DNA of 63,421 bases, the filler included, from Chiloscyllium plagiosum (Eukaryota): NCBI RefSeq assembly GCF_004010195.1. It is 5 parts of one record of this genome, joined end to end, with 100 filler letters (N's around TTAATTAATTAA, not from the genome) between each part and the next. Parts side by side here need not be neighbours in the genome. Positions count along the whole stretch, not along the records: positions 1 to 12,700 come from NC_057717.1; 4 more parts are not named here. One strand, given 5' to 3'. The notes under the pieces were generated by a model. The model was not told where the DNA came from, searched no databases, and worked only from the letters and a program-made list of their open reading frames with translations. Positions 1-12,700 of the stretch are shown in pieces (the stretch's first letter is position 1; every line of letters begins with the position of its first letter). A program made the translations under genes and the position numbers.

Positions 1-114
1 GAACTCTGAGCTCAAAAACTGCATGAATTTATGTAAAACTCTGTTATTTCACTTTTTAGATTGGAATCAATCTAAACATCAGGTCATAGACAGAGAACAC
101 AGGGGGCTAACACC

Positions 115-408
115 TTCAACATATTGTCGAGCTATCACCATTGTTAACAGCTAACCTGAGAATGCAACTTTTAAAAAAAGCGTTTTGTGATTTACACATG
201 GAAGAAGTGAAACTATCACTGTACTCTAACAGATGAAAGGCTTAACAGACAATCAATTCTTTTCAACATATTGTCGAGCTATCACCATTGTTAACAGCTA
301 ACCTGAGAATGCAACTTTTAAAAAAAGCGTTTTGTGATTTACACATGGAAGAAGTGAAACTATCACTGTACTCTAACAGATGAAAGGCTTAACAGACAAT
401 CAATTCTT
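115..408. repeat. ~147-bp near-perfect tandem duplication
   Basis: ttcaacatattgtcgagctatc...acagacaatcaattctt occurs at ~115-261 and again at ~262-408. Confidence 0.9.
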
Positions 409-481
409 CAATGTATAATTTCAGTTACGTCACTGTAAATTTTTGCGATAGATTCTGTGTTACGATCGAGCCCTCCACAAT

Positions 482-516
482 CGCCTGATGAAGGAGCGTC
501 GCTCCGAAAGCTAGTG
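482..516 (+). ncRNA. minimal type I hammerhead ribozyme motif
   Basis: CUGAUGA core, stem II GGAGC/GCUCC, GAAA, palindromic AGCU stem III, CUA cleavage triplet, short stem I cgc/gug. Confidence 0.65.
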
Positions 517-2269
517 TGCTTCCAATTAAACCTGTTGGACTATAACCTGGTGTTGTGTGAGTTTTAACTTTGTACACCCCAGTCCAACACCGGCATCTCC
601 GAATCAATAGAATTACGTTATTCTAAATTCCTCTTTCTGTGGTGTTATTTCTTCTTTCGTGTTGAAATAGATGGTATTTTGCTTACCACCGAGTAGTTTG
701 ACCAGTCATATTGCATCTGGAACAGAAACTTTACATTTCCTTTAAAATAAGAAAACATAAAAGTCTCGGCTACCACCGTCAAATATTTTCGAGGGGCTCT
801 GGTGTGGTCCATCACACGAGACTTCTTCTCTTGCTGAGTAATAGGCTGGAGGCACTGAATGGGCTATCCCTGTTCATCTCCAATAATGTCAATGGGCTGA
901 ATGGCTTCCTCATATTCCTGTAAAACCAGCGTTAGGTGCTGAATGAACTCTTATTTTACTGTGGCAATGCGCAGTGTCAGGCAATGCGGTTACATGAATG
1001 TTACTGATACTTTAACAGCACAAGCCTGAATGGAGCCTGGATCTTGCTGCACATGTACACAGACCAGTTCAGGAGCTGACGGGGGACAAAACGTTCTGAA
1101 CATTGTGGGGAGACATTGATGAAGCCGCTAAAGATAGTTGTGAAGAGGAAGCTACCCTGAGGATCTCCCACAGAGGTGACCCAGGACAGAGATGATGAAC
1201 ATCTTCCTTTGTGCCATGTTTGACTCCAAACACTGGAGAGTTTACTCTGATTCCCATTAAGTCCAGCTCCTTGATGTCAACAGAAGTCAACCATTGTCTT
1301 GATATCAGGGCCAGTCATTTTTACCTGACCCTTGTCTCAGCCTCTTCTGATCACATCAAAAAACCATGATATAGGAGCAGCACGTGCTTTCTTCAAACAG
1401 GTGGTATTGAATGTCAGGATTTCTCTTTTCAAGAGTGTTCGGGGAGCTAGATGACTGAAAGTATTTGAAGAGGAAATAGATGGATATTGACCTGTCAGAG
1501 AGTTGAGGGCTATGAAGAAATGGGTATTAAAGAGGATTTGGGGCCAGGAGCACATCAGCCATGATCTTAGTGAAGGGCAAGGCAGGCTTGGGGAGTGAAC
1601 GACATGCCCCTGTTTCTGATGTTCTCACATTCTGTTATTGGAAAGTTAGTGGGTGTTATTTTTATGAATGTTCTGGTATTGTATATTGCAGTCAGGGAGA
1701 CCAGATGATTTTGCGAGCCATCTCTAAGTGAGGTATGTGGGCTGTATTCCCAGTGAATCTGGGTCTACAACATGGCCAACAAATGGAGCACAAGCTGCAG
1801 ATAGGGGAAGCTTTCTGACGAGAGATGAGGGGCCTCGTTCATACCCAGCCTGGATTTTCTAATTACATTTCCCAAATCACCTCAAAGCGTGTGTGACAGT
1901 CTTGAGGGACTGAATGGTCTCCTCTGTTTCTGTGCACCAGGTGATAGGAGTAAGTGGCCTCCAACTGTTCCTGTCTAGCAGGTATGAGGGGCTAAATGGA
2001 ACACAGGAACATGGGACTGAGGAGCAGGAGTGGGCCATTAGATACTTTGAGCCTTCTCCAACAGGCAGTAAGATTGTGACTGATTAGGTTGGGGTCTCAG
2101 CTCCACTTTCCTGTCTGTATCCCATTATCCGTGACTCACTTCTTTGTCAAATATTTAACTAATGCAGCTTTCAATCAATATAAACATAGAGTCACGATAA
2201 ACTTCCAGAGACGAGAAGGGCATTGAAAGGATCTTACAGAAGTTTTCATCATCCCTCTTATAGAACCAG

Positions 2270-3300
2270 AGAGTCATGCAGAAGGAAAGCAGACCCGTTA
2301 GTCCAATCTGTTCACTACGATCAGATATCAAATCTGATCCAGTCCCATTTGCCAGCATTTGGTAAATATCCCTCCTCTTTCAGATACTTTTTAAATGTGC
2401 GATTGTAACCACCTTCACCACTTCCTCTGACAGCACTTTCTGTACACACGCTACTCTCTGTGTGAAGCATTTATCTTCAGGTCGCTTCTAAATCAATCCC
2501 CCTCGCCTTCAACCTATGCCGTCTTGTTCTGGACTCCCCTATCCTGGGGAGCAGAACGTGGCTGTTCAGAATATCCATGCCGCTGATTGTTTTATAAACC
2601 TCTATAATGTCACCATGCCGCCTCTAAAACTCCAGGGGGAAGCACCTCAACCTAATCAACCTCTCCCTAAAGCTCAAACTTCCAGTCCTGGAACATCCGT
2701 GTAAATCATTTCTGCAGAAAACCGAGTTGTACGCAGTATTCTTAAAGTGGCCTCACCGACGTCCTTTACAGATACAACATATCACCACAACTCCTATACT
2801 CAATGCTCTGACTGATTAAGGCAAATGTGTTCAGCACCAAACTGTCTACTTGCGACTCCACTTTCAAGGAACAATGTACCTGCAGCCCTCTGCCCCTTTG
2901 TTTCACAAAATGGCCCAGGACCTGGCCATGAAGTATATAATGTCTGCCCTGATTTGCCTTCCCAAAATGCAAAGCTTCATATTTATCTAAATTAAACTTC
3001 ATCTGTTACTCCTTGCCTCTTTGTCCCATATAAATGCGGTCTTGTTGTGCTCTGAGATAATCTACTACACCACCTTTCTGATGTCATCTGTATACTTACT
3101 AACTATTGCCCCTATATTCACATCTAAATCCTTTACATACATGATGAAATGCAGTGAACTCAGTACTGATTCTTGCAGCACACTGCCGCTCACAAGCCTC
3201 CAGTCTGAAAAATATCCCTCTTCCTTCAAGCCATTTGTGACGAGCTTCTTCTGTATCCCATGTGACTGAAACATACTAATCTGTCGACCAATCAGAATGA
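2270..3300 (-). mobile_element. CR1/HER1 LINE ORF2 (RT) 3' fragment, degenerate
   Basis: Minus-strand remnants SDWRLVSGSVLQESVLSSLHFIMYVKDLD, SKYTDD and MKFNLDKYEALHFGKANQGR. Confidence 0.85.
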
Positions 3301-3304
3301 AATG

Positions 3305-3750
3305 CTAGCTATGAAGACAGGCTGAGTAGGTTAGGTTTATTTTCACGAGAAAAAAGGAGATTGAGGGGGGACCTGATTGAGGTTTTCAAAATCATGAAGG
3401 GTATAGATTGGGTGGATAGAGACAAGCTTTTTCCAAGGTTGAAGGATTCAATAACAAGAGGTCGTGCTTTCAAAGTGAGAGGTGGAACGTTTAAGGGGGA
3501 TACACGCGGTGAGTAGTTTGCACAGAGGGTGGTGGGCGTTTGGAACGGGTTGCTAGCAGAGGTGGTAGAGGCAGGCACGGTCGATTCAGTTAAGATGTGT
3601 CTGGACAGATGCATGAGTAGGTGGGGAGCAGAGGAAGACAGATGCTTAGGAATTTACCGACAGATTTAGACAGTACATTTGGATCGGTTCAGGCTTGGAG
3701 GGCGAAGGGCCTGTTCCTGGGCTGTAAATTTTCTTTGGTCTTTTTTCTTT
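3305..3750 (+). mobile_element. CR1 LINE 3' end nested antisense in an older CR1
   Basis: SYEDRLSRLGLFSREKRRLRGDLIEVFKIMKG...FAQRVVGVWN followed by the gaagggcctgttcctgggctgt tail. Confidence 0.9.
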
Positions 3751-4509
3751 AAAAGAACACCTTGCTGAAGTCCATATAGACAATGTCTACCAAATTGCCT
3801 TCATTAATCTTCTTTGTCACCTCTTCAAAAAACTCAACCAAATTCATGAGACATGATTTCCCATGGAGAAAGCTACGTTGTCTACTCCGATCAGCCCTTG
3901 CCTTCCCAAATGTATGCAAATGGTATTCCTCAGAATCCTCTCCAACAACTTACCCACCACTGTCATCATGCTCACCAGCCTATAGTTCCCCGGCTTTTTG
4001 GGTCACTGTTTCCTTTTCTAGTCCCACTCATCCACTGGTCACAACAGATGTTAAATGTAATCAGGTCGGTGTTATGGCCGATGATATCGGTCTCAGATTG
4101 GGTCAGGATCAGTTTTAGGAACAAGTCAGGCTAGTTTCATTAATCTGCTAAAACAACACGTTTATGAACCAGAGCAATGTTACTCAAACAATGTTAGAAA
4201 GACGAATGGCAAACTGTTTGGTTATTGCAATTATATCATCAATATTTCCCTTTCTAAAAATGCTGACACACACACGCAAAATCTCTGCGATTTTAACTTG
4301 AAAGAACTTGGTCCAAATATTATTGGAATTCATGACAAAGGAAACATTGTGAGATTGTCCAAAACGTTATTCTGCTTCTGAAGATATTGTACTCACACAA
4401 GCTGCTAGCAATGGGATTTCATCCTGTGAGAGTTTGGATTTGGCTGAATTCCCTTTGCTTGAGGCAGTGAGTAGATTCCAGTGAATTCTGGTTAGGGATC
4501 ATCCAAAGT

Positions 4510-4815
4510 GTAGCACGGTGGTTAGCACTGCTGCCTCACAGCACCAGGGACTTGGGGTCGATTCCAGCCTTGGGTTACTGTCTGTGTGGAGTTTGCACAT
4601 TCTCCCCTTGTCTGTGTGAGCTTCTAATGGGTGATCCAGTTTCCTACAACAAACTGTGTAGGTTCGGTGGATTGGTCATGCTAAATTGTCCGTCGTGTTC
4701 AGGGATTTCTAGATTATGTGCAATAGTCAGGGGTAAATATAGGGAAATGTGTTGGGAAGGTTGGTATGGACTTGCTGGGTCGAAGGGCCTGTTTCAACAC
4801 TGCAGGGATTCCATA
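4510..4815 (+). mobile_element. HE1/V-SINE-type tRNA-derived SINE
   Basis: tRNA-like head (gcacggtggttagcactgctgcctcacagc...tcgattcc), central tgtggagtttgcacattctcccc domain, CR1-like tail gggtcgaagggcctgtttc. Confidence 0.85.
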
Positions 4816-4899
4816 AAAATAAGAATGGTAACGATGACTGTAGAGGTTTTTTTTTTTTAGCTCGCACACATCGCTGTGATGAGGAACAATGAAGGAGAG

Positions 4900-5139
4900 A
4901 GAGTGCAATAGGCCATTCCTTCTCAGGCAGATTACATTTTCTCCCTCTCTGAGTTGAATAACACAGTAATGTCATCCTCTTCCAAACTGGACCATGTGAG
5001 GTCTCCTTGTACGTTGTCCAAACGATGTCTCCATCACATTCCCTGTTCCATGTAGGTGCATCATTGCTGCTGTCGTACACAGAGCCATACCCTCAGCAGA
5101 AAATGGTCTCGGTCAATTTGAAGATATGTTTATATGTCC
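4900..5139 (-). pseudogene. putative 3' coding exon of a decayed multi-exon gene (unidentified protein)
   Basis: Acceptor ttttatttttaatgacgcAG ends at 5140. The phase-1 frame reads GTYKHIFKLTETIFC*GYGSVYDSSNDAPTWNRECDGDIVWTTYKETSHGPVWKRMTLLCY. A paralogous copy lies at ~22150-22320. Confidence 0.5.
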
Positions 5140-6134
5140 CTGCGTCATTAAAAAATAAAAATGTTAACTTTATTCAGAATAACTGTGTTAAACTGAATGC
5201 ATTTTTAAAAGAAATACAGAAATTGCTGGAAAAGCTCGCCAGGTCTCTCAGTACCCAGATGCTGTAGTTGTACCAGCCTCCACCACTTCCTCTGGTAGCT
5301 CATTCCATACGCACACCACCCTCTGTGTGCAATGGTGCCCTTAGGTTCTCCTCAAAACCTTTCCCCTCTCACTTTCCACCAATGCCCTCTAGTTTTGGAC
5401 GCCCCTAATCTGGGGAAAAACACCTGACTACTCACCCTATCCATGGCCATTTTGATTTTATAAACCTTTACTGCTGCAAATTGTGACCCCAATCAACACG
5501 AATGGCTGTACTTTCAGTCATCCTGGGCCTAAATTCTGAAATGCAATACTGACACCTCTTCCTTCTCCATCAAGTCACAATTCTAAATCCATTTTAATGA
5601 GTTTGTTCAGATGTATCCTGAAACACTTCTGTGGGCTTTACGCCTGGACCTTTGTGCCCGGAGCGAGGGACACTAGCTTCACTCAGCAATACCCATAAAG
5701 CTGTAACAGTATTCTCCTGTGTTTTTGTTCATCAGAATGTCCTGATATGATGGGACATACCTCTGCAACAGGCAGGACTTGAATCCAGACCTTCTAGCCC
5801 AGAGCTAGGAACACTGCCACACAGGTTCAGGAATTGGAATCAAATCCAGAGCTCTGGCTCAGAGACAGGGACACTACCCACCACACTACCATACCCAGAT
5901 TTTGGGTCATATTTTAGTGCCCACTTTCAGCTTGGTGTGGATTTATTATAATCAGGTTACCATTACTGAATTACAAACAACACTTTGTATTATTAAACAA
6001 ATGCATGATATTTGTCTCAACTGTAGGATATTGGGTGTACGTGCTGTGCCACCGAAATTAACTACAAACATCTTTAATTGTTATTATCTGTAGTCTGCAA
6101 TATTAAGGAAAGAAATCCTGCAGACACACTCTAC

Positions 6135-6254
6135 CCAATGAAGGGTCTCAAATAGATATTTATTACTGAAGACCAGAGACGAAGGAAGAGTTTAATGTCT
6201 GACCCCAAAACACCGATCACTCTTACACAACGCTCACGTGCGACTCCCCTTTTC
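6135..6254 (-). pseudogene. putative 120-nt phase 1-1 exon of the same decayed gene
   Basis: ttttAG acceptor and GTagag donor, exactly 120 nt. The frame GKGESHVSVV*E*SVFWGQTLNSSFVSGLQ**ISI*DPSL-G joins in phase to the exon at 5139. Confidence 0.4.
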
Positions 6255-6479
6255 CTAAAACCATGAAATGACACCAGGCCGCTGATTACTGTCCAGCCTC
6301 TCCTCCCCACTGACTGTGTCTGCAATCTGTCCCACCTCCCCCTTACCATACAAGGCATACCAAGCTCAGGGTCTTTGTGAAAATCAAGGCCGGAGTGTGT
6401 AGGCATCCTGGAGACGGGTGGGCATTTTAAAATTGAAGGGGGAGGGTAAGGTGACAGTAATAACACTCACTGGGCTGAG

Positions 6480-7320
6480 GGGTGGCTGATGGAGTTTAGT
6501 TTGGATTAATGCGAGTTATTGGGTTTGGTAAATCAAACAACAGCAGGACCTATACAATTAAAAGTAGAGCCTTTGGCAGTGCTGTAGTACAGAAACCTAG
6601 GCCATCAGGTTTAATTCTTTAAAATTTGCATCTCATTTAGATAGTGTGGTTAAGAAGGTGTTTAACACACATGTCTTCATAGGACAGACCTTTGAGTATC
6701 GGAATTGGGACGTCATGTTGTGGTTGTACAGGACATTGGTGAGACCTCTTCTGGAATATGTGTCCAGTCTGGTCACTCTGCCCGCTCATTCCATAGGCAC
6801 ACCATCGTCTGGGTGAAAAAGCTGCCCCTTAGGTCACTTTTAAATGTTTCCCCTCTCAACTTAAGCCCTTGTCCTCTAGTTTTGGACTCCCTGTACCCTT
6901 AGAAAATACCTTGACTATTCATTTTGATATTACTGACTTGATATTATTAAACTAGAGCGGATTGAGAAGAGATTAACCTGGATGTTGCTGGGAAAGGAGT
7001 GAGTGAGCTATAAGGAGAGGCTAGATAGGCTGGGACGTCTTTCACTGAAGAATATGAGATGAAGCAGTAACTTTACAGAGGTTTATAAAATAATGAGGGT
7101 TACAGAGAAGCTGAAGGGCTGATGTCTTTTCTCTAGAGTTGAGGATTCAAAACTGAGGCATTTTTAAGGTGCGAGGAAAAAGATTTACGAAAGTCATGAG
7201 AGGTAATTATGTTAGACAGAAACTGGCTTGTGTGTGGAATGAAATTCCAGAGCAAGTAGTGAAAGCAGGGGCAGTTACAACGTTTAAAGGACATTTAGAT
7301 CAGTCCATGGATAAGACATC
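6480..7320 (+). mobile_element. CR1 ORF2 3' fragment with a nested antisense CR1 piece (~6783-6925)
   Basis: Remnants LYRTLVRPLLEY, KLERIEKRL, SYKERLDRLG and CVWNEIPEQVV; the inner piece reads as CR1 3' RT on the minus strand. Confidence 0.8.
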
Positions 7321-8399
7321 AGTTTGGATGGTGCTGTGAGCAGCTGCCTTCTCCCTCCCCATCTCTGAATGTATCCCTGTTGGTTTTCACCCTCTGCCAA
7401 TGCCTGTGCAGTGGCGTGTGGCGGCCAGCAGAGGGTGGCATTGCAACACTTTAAGCACGACATAGACTGCCAGACCTGCCCCACACAGAGACACACAGAT
7501 ACACACACGGGAATGTTTAGGGCACGGCGTGAAGCTCATCTGATAACTTAAATGAAACATAAAGAAATGCTCAATTCGCCTCGTAAACTTTTAAAATATG
7601 AGTGACAGATCTTCCAAATTCCACTGTTTAAACAAAAACATCAATTTATTTTTTCACTCTGAAAGTGAACATTTTACATCAACTATTCACAACTCTGGGA
7701 CCCTATTTCTCTTAACTGATTATTATACGACTCCAGCTCTATAGCAATATAATGTAACTGGGTCTGCCATCCTCTCATATCACAGGAGCTTGTAAGCTCT
7801 CAGTTCAGACCAGCATTCCCTCTCTCTTGAAGGTACATTACACACTTTCAACTTCATCACATTATATCCTGATGAATATAGATAAGTGGGACCTGTCGGA
7901 ATTTCTTTTGCTCTGTGGCTTGTCAATATTTCATTTGCTCCGTCTGGTGTGTGTCAGGACGTTTGTTGCTCCACTGACAGCATGTCATTATTCGACTTTG
8001 TCCATAGGAATATATCAATATTTCACTTGCTCACACTCGTGTATGTGGGGCAGGATTTCAGTTGTTTCTTGGGGACTGTGACGCTATAACAATCTCAATG
8101 TTTGTAGATGGCACCAAACCTGGAAGAACTCTGAAGTCTATGGAGGAGATTGTGGAACTCTAACAGGACAGTGACACGTTGATGTGGTGTTCAGGTTTAT
8201 GGTAGATGGGGATCAGTGCAGAGCTGTGTGAGGTGATACACTTTGGTAGGAAAGACAATGAAAGACAGTTCAAAACAGGCTGTGCCATGATAAAGGGGCT
8301 GCTGGAGCAGAGAGCGCTGGGTGTATATGAGCACAGATTGTTGAAGATGTCAGGACAAGTGGGGATAACAGTAACTATCACAGATTAGTTTCACTATCT

Positions 8400-9323
8400 G
8401 AGCTGTTTACAGGAGGAGGTGTAGGAGGGAGTCTCCGTGCTCCCTTCCTGGGAGGTGGTGGTGACGATGTGTTGTGAGCCCACCCTCCTGCCCACCGAGA
8501 CCGTGGGGATTCCATTTGTACCAGCTCAACACAAAAGGGAGATGGCATCAGGGACACGGCTTCTAATTGTGCCAGGGGGAAACGGAGCTGCCAGTGGGTT
8601 CAAAGTGAGAATTGCCCACGTCGGTGGGACGTGGATGTTTCAGAATCTCCACACGAGGCGTCCCCGTCCTCTCCGTCTCCTACCACGGTCCTCCCGACAT
8701 GCCAGGGAGAGGGGGTGAGGGAACGGATATCGGACAATCCACCACCCGGCTTGGCCCTTCCTGTCCTATTTCAGGCTGTTTCTCCTGGAATAGGAGAAAG
8801 GGAGGGAGAGAGTGAGGGTGGGAGTGGGTGGCCCGACTGTTAGTGCTGGTGTAGGTGGGGAGGGGGTCAAGGTGAGGTGTCCGGAGCGAGTCAGTCCACA
8901 GTGTTTCATCCATGCAGTGTTATTAATGTGGGGCAGGGGTAAAGTGGAGGGATGGAGAGAGACAGAGACAGAGACGGAAAGGGGGAAGGTGCTGCATGCA
9001 GCAGTGAGAGTGGTGGAGCATGAGACTTGTTTGGGGGTCGGTGCTATAACAGATATACAGTGAGTGTGAGGGAGCAGAGAGAATACGGTGACCCTTATCC
9101 TGACAGAGCGGGGAAGGTTATTGCTGCTTGTCCTCTATTGCTGGGCATTTCTTCAGACCGCAGATACTGCACTGAGCTGGGTGAAGAGCTCAGACCATGC
9201 TCGGTGGGTCTGGTGGTGTGGCCCCCTCTGGGAAGAGAATGGTCCCCCTCTGTACTAGCCCATCCACCTGGACCTCCGTGCCCCTGTCGACAAATTGTGG
9301 TGTAATTGCCCCTTATCTGTCAT
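8400..9323 (-). pseudogene. PIF/Harbinger Myb/SANT-like (trihelix) DNA-binding gene remnant, two exons
   Basis: Exon 1 (9323-9099, frameshifted) reads MTDKGQL-PQFVDRGTEVQVDGLVQRGTILFP...RAWSELFTQLSAVSAV*RNAQQ*R...NLPRSVR. The donor is mutated to ATAAG. A polypyrimidine-CAG acceptor opens exon 2 at 8784: EK-TA*NRTGRAKPGGGLSDIRSLTP. Confidence 0.75.
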
Positions 9324-9919
9324 GCTCGGGGTAAACTGTTCAGGCCAGCTCCTTATTGAGAAAGCTCAACCGTGTGCCCATTGGCCTTTTAAAGATGGCA
9401 CCAGTGTCTGGGATCGCGAAATATCCAGGGGCACCCAGGCGATGGTGAGTATCTCCAGTCATGATGGGTAGGAGAATCAGACTGGTATTGAATGAGACGG
9501 ACACCATGGGGTGGGGTGGGTGGTTAATGAGGTAAGTTCGATAAGATAGCACCAGGAAGCTAGCTCAGCCTCGTGCGGACGATCCCTCTGTCAAACTCAA
9601 GGAAAATCAAACAAAGATAAATTATTGTTAGAATCTGCCCAATGAGTCATAGATTCGGTTGAAACTAATTCCAGTTACAAAGATGCAGAACAAATGCTCA
9701 TCGATATTTAAACTGATTCCCCCCATCTCTCTCTGGCAGACTAATGCACTGGGGTGGTGTATACAGTCCTGTGGTGTGTCCACACCCACAGCACCCCCTT
9801 GTCAGGGCACAATGGAGATGTGGAGCTGTAAATGGGTGGAGGCTGCACAACCTGTCACTCCCAGCATGGGCTGCAAGTTTCCCACACTGAGCAGGGATCT
9901 AACACAGTGTTACTGAGGG

Positions 9920-10890
9920 ATGCAGTGGGGTGGGTACACAGTCCTACATGCTGGGAGGGTAACTGTTCCTAGTTTACAGATCAATGCACTGGGGTGGGGT
10001 ACACAGTCCGACATTGTGGCAGGGTAACTGTTCCTGGTTAACAGATCAATGCACTGGGGTGGGGTACACAGTCCGACATTTTGGGGGAGGGGGGGTAACT
10101 GCTCCTGGTTTACAGATCAATGCACTGGGGTGGGCTATACTGCCCTACGTGTTGGGAGGGTAGCTGCTCCTAGTTTACAGATCAATGCACTGGGGTGGTG
10201 GACACTGTCCTACATGCTGGGAGTGTAACTGCTCCTGGTTTACAGATCAATGCACTGGGGTGGTGTACACAGTCCTACATGCTGGGAGGATGACTGCTCC
10301 TGGTTTATAGATCAATGCACTGGGGTGGGGTACATAGCCCTACATGCTGGGAGGGTAACTGCTCCTGGTTTACAGATCAATTCACAGGGGTGGTATACAC
10401 AGTCCTACATGCTGGGAGGGTAACTGCTCCTGGATTACAGATCAATGCACTGGGGTGGGGTACATAGCCCTGCATGCTGGGAGGGTAACTGCTCCTCGTT
10501 TACAGATCAATGCACAGGGGTGGTGTACACAGTCCTACATGCTGGGAGGGTAACTGCTCCTGGTTTACCGATCAATGCACTGGGGTAGTGTACACAGCTC
10601 TCCATGCTGGGAGATTAACTGCTTCTGCTTTACAGATCAATGCACTGGGGTGGTGTACACAGTCCAACCTGCTGGGAGGGTAACTGTTCCTGGGTTACAG
10701 ATCAATGCACTGGGTGGTGTACACAGTCCTACATGCTGAGAGGGTAACTGCTCCTGGGTTACATATCAATGCATTGGGGTGGTGTACATGCTGGGAAGGT
10801 AACTGCTCGTGGTTTACAGATCAATGCACTGGGGTGGGGTACACAGTCCTACATGCTGGGAGTGTAACTGCTCCAGGTTTGCAAATTAAT
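9920..10890. repeat. 65-bp minisatellite, ~15 copies
   Basis: Unit acagatcaatgcactggggtggtgtacacagtcctacatgctgggagggtaactgctcctggttt starts at 9976, 10041, 10112, 10177, 10242, 10307, 10372, 10437, 10502, 10567, 10632, 10697, 10761 and 10816. Confidence 0.95.
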
Positions 10891-12700
10891 TCACGGGTGA
10901 TCACTGCACAGGTCGCTGTGCTGATCAGTCATTCTGGTTGAGGTTTATAGATACTGCAATGAGGTGGTCAGTGCTGCTCCCCATGCTGGATGGATATTTG
11001 TTTCAGGTTCACACATTGGTGCCCTGCTGTGGTCTGCACAGCTCCCCGTGCTGGATAGATATCTAGTCCGGCTTTATAGATCAATGCACCAGGAGAAGTG
11101 CAGCTGTGGTCTGCACTTCTCCTGGTGCTGGACAGATATATGGTCTGGGTTTATAGATCAATGCACTGCTGTGGTCTGTGCAGTGTTCCACTCTGGACGG
11201 ATTGATGGCTTGTATTGACCAATGTAATGGATGAATCTGGACAGATTGCAGCGTTGTACTGAGCAGTAAACTGGCCTGGTCTGCGCAGTGTTCCACGGTG
11301 AACAGATATCTCCTCTGGGTTGATGGTGTCTGGGCTGGTTCTGTGAGGTGGATTGAGAATGTGGGATATCTAACCATTTCAGCTGATCTGGCAATGCCTT
11401 TAGTACCTATTCCTGTGATTGGACCCTCCGCCTCTCACCCCATTCACGTTAAAGTGTGTCCAGGCACAGGACATCATGTTGGTGGGGTGGGCAATGGGGG
11501 AGGGGTGATGGACAGGTCAAGAGGTTCCCCGGAACGTTCTGTCCCTGACATTCTATAAAGTGACATTCCCGGAACGTTCTATCCCTGACATTGTTTGTGA
11601 ACGGCCGGACGTCAGTGAATTGAACAAACCACAAGTTCCCGAGGGAAGACATCCCGTTCCAGGGAGAATGAGACACTGTTCCGAAGGCCCCTCAGGCAGT
11701 TAAAGGGGTGAATACGTTTTCCCTGCGTTTACATTTCTCCACGACACAGGATCGACTACAATTTAGACCAAAATACAAAAATTCCCAAGCTCCGTTTGTC
11801 TTCAGGAAACTNNNNNNNNNNNNNNNNNNNNNNNNNNNNNNNNNNNNNNNNNNNNNNNNNNNNNNNNNNNNNNNNNNNNNNNNNNNNNNNNNNNNNNNNN
11901 NNNNNNNNNNNNNNNNNNNNNNNNNNNNNNNNNNNNNNNNNNNNNNNNNNNNNNNNNNNNNNNNNNNNNNNNNNNNNNNNNNNNNNNNNNNNNNNNNNNN
12001 NNNNNNNNNNNNNNNNNNNNNNNNNNNNNNNNNNNNNNNNNNNNNNNNNNNNNNNNNNNNNNNNNNNNNNNNNNNNNNNNNNNNNNNNNNNNNNNNNNNN
12101 NNNNNNNNNNNNNNNNNNNNNNNNNNNNNNNNNNNNNNNNNNNNNNNNNNNNNNNNNNNNNNNNNNNNNNNNNNNNNNNNNNNNNNNNNNNNNNNNNNNN
12201 NNNNNNNNNNNNNNNNNNNNNNNNNNNNNNNNNNNNNNNNNNNNNNNNNNNNNNNNNNNNNNNNNNNNNNNNNNNNNNNNNNNNNNNNNNNNNNNNNNNN
12301 NNNNNNNNNNNTATAGGGCTTGTGGAACTAAAGACACAAAGTAAATTCATATCAGTAACAATTTAGTACTTGAACATGTAGTTGGATTAAGCATTACCAT
12401 GTCTAATGAAACAAATATAATTCATTTCAAAATGCTAGAAATAAATCAGCATTCAAGTATTAATTGCACTGCCAATGGCTGTGTTTTATTTTCCTGTATA
12501 TTCCACAGAGGGCGGAAAGCAATTGTAGATAAATGGAAGGTAATAAACGTGATCCAAGCATGGTAGGTCGATGAAAGGAATGGATCCAAGCATCTAGAAA
12601 GGGAAAAAGTGATAGTGTGAAGAAATATAGACCAATTAACTTAACATCTGTAGAGAAACGTTTGGAATCTATAAGAGAGGATGCAATATTGGATATTTAG

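Larger units (their letters stand above)
1..605 (+). mobile_element. Penelope-like element terminal (pLTR-like) region with minimal hammerhead ribozyme
   Basis: CTGATGA-AGGAGCGTCGCTCC-GAAAGCTA at 485-513 followed by a typical shark PLE-derived tail. It interrupts the LTR that is complete in the paralogous block at 17166. Confidence 0.65.
606..5040. repeat. paralogous block, copy 1 (pairs with 17567-22320)
   Basis: Collinear, diverged similarity throughout, including the same nested CR1 3' end (3305 vs 20608), the same SINE (4510 vs 21812) and the same exon-like segment. Confidence 0.9.

Noticed and set aside
9920..10890. Regular repeats resembling a CRISPR array
   Set aside because: Units are contiguous with no unique spacers; vertebrate context and no cas genes.
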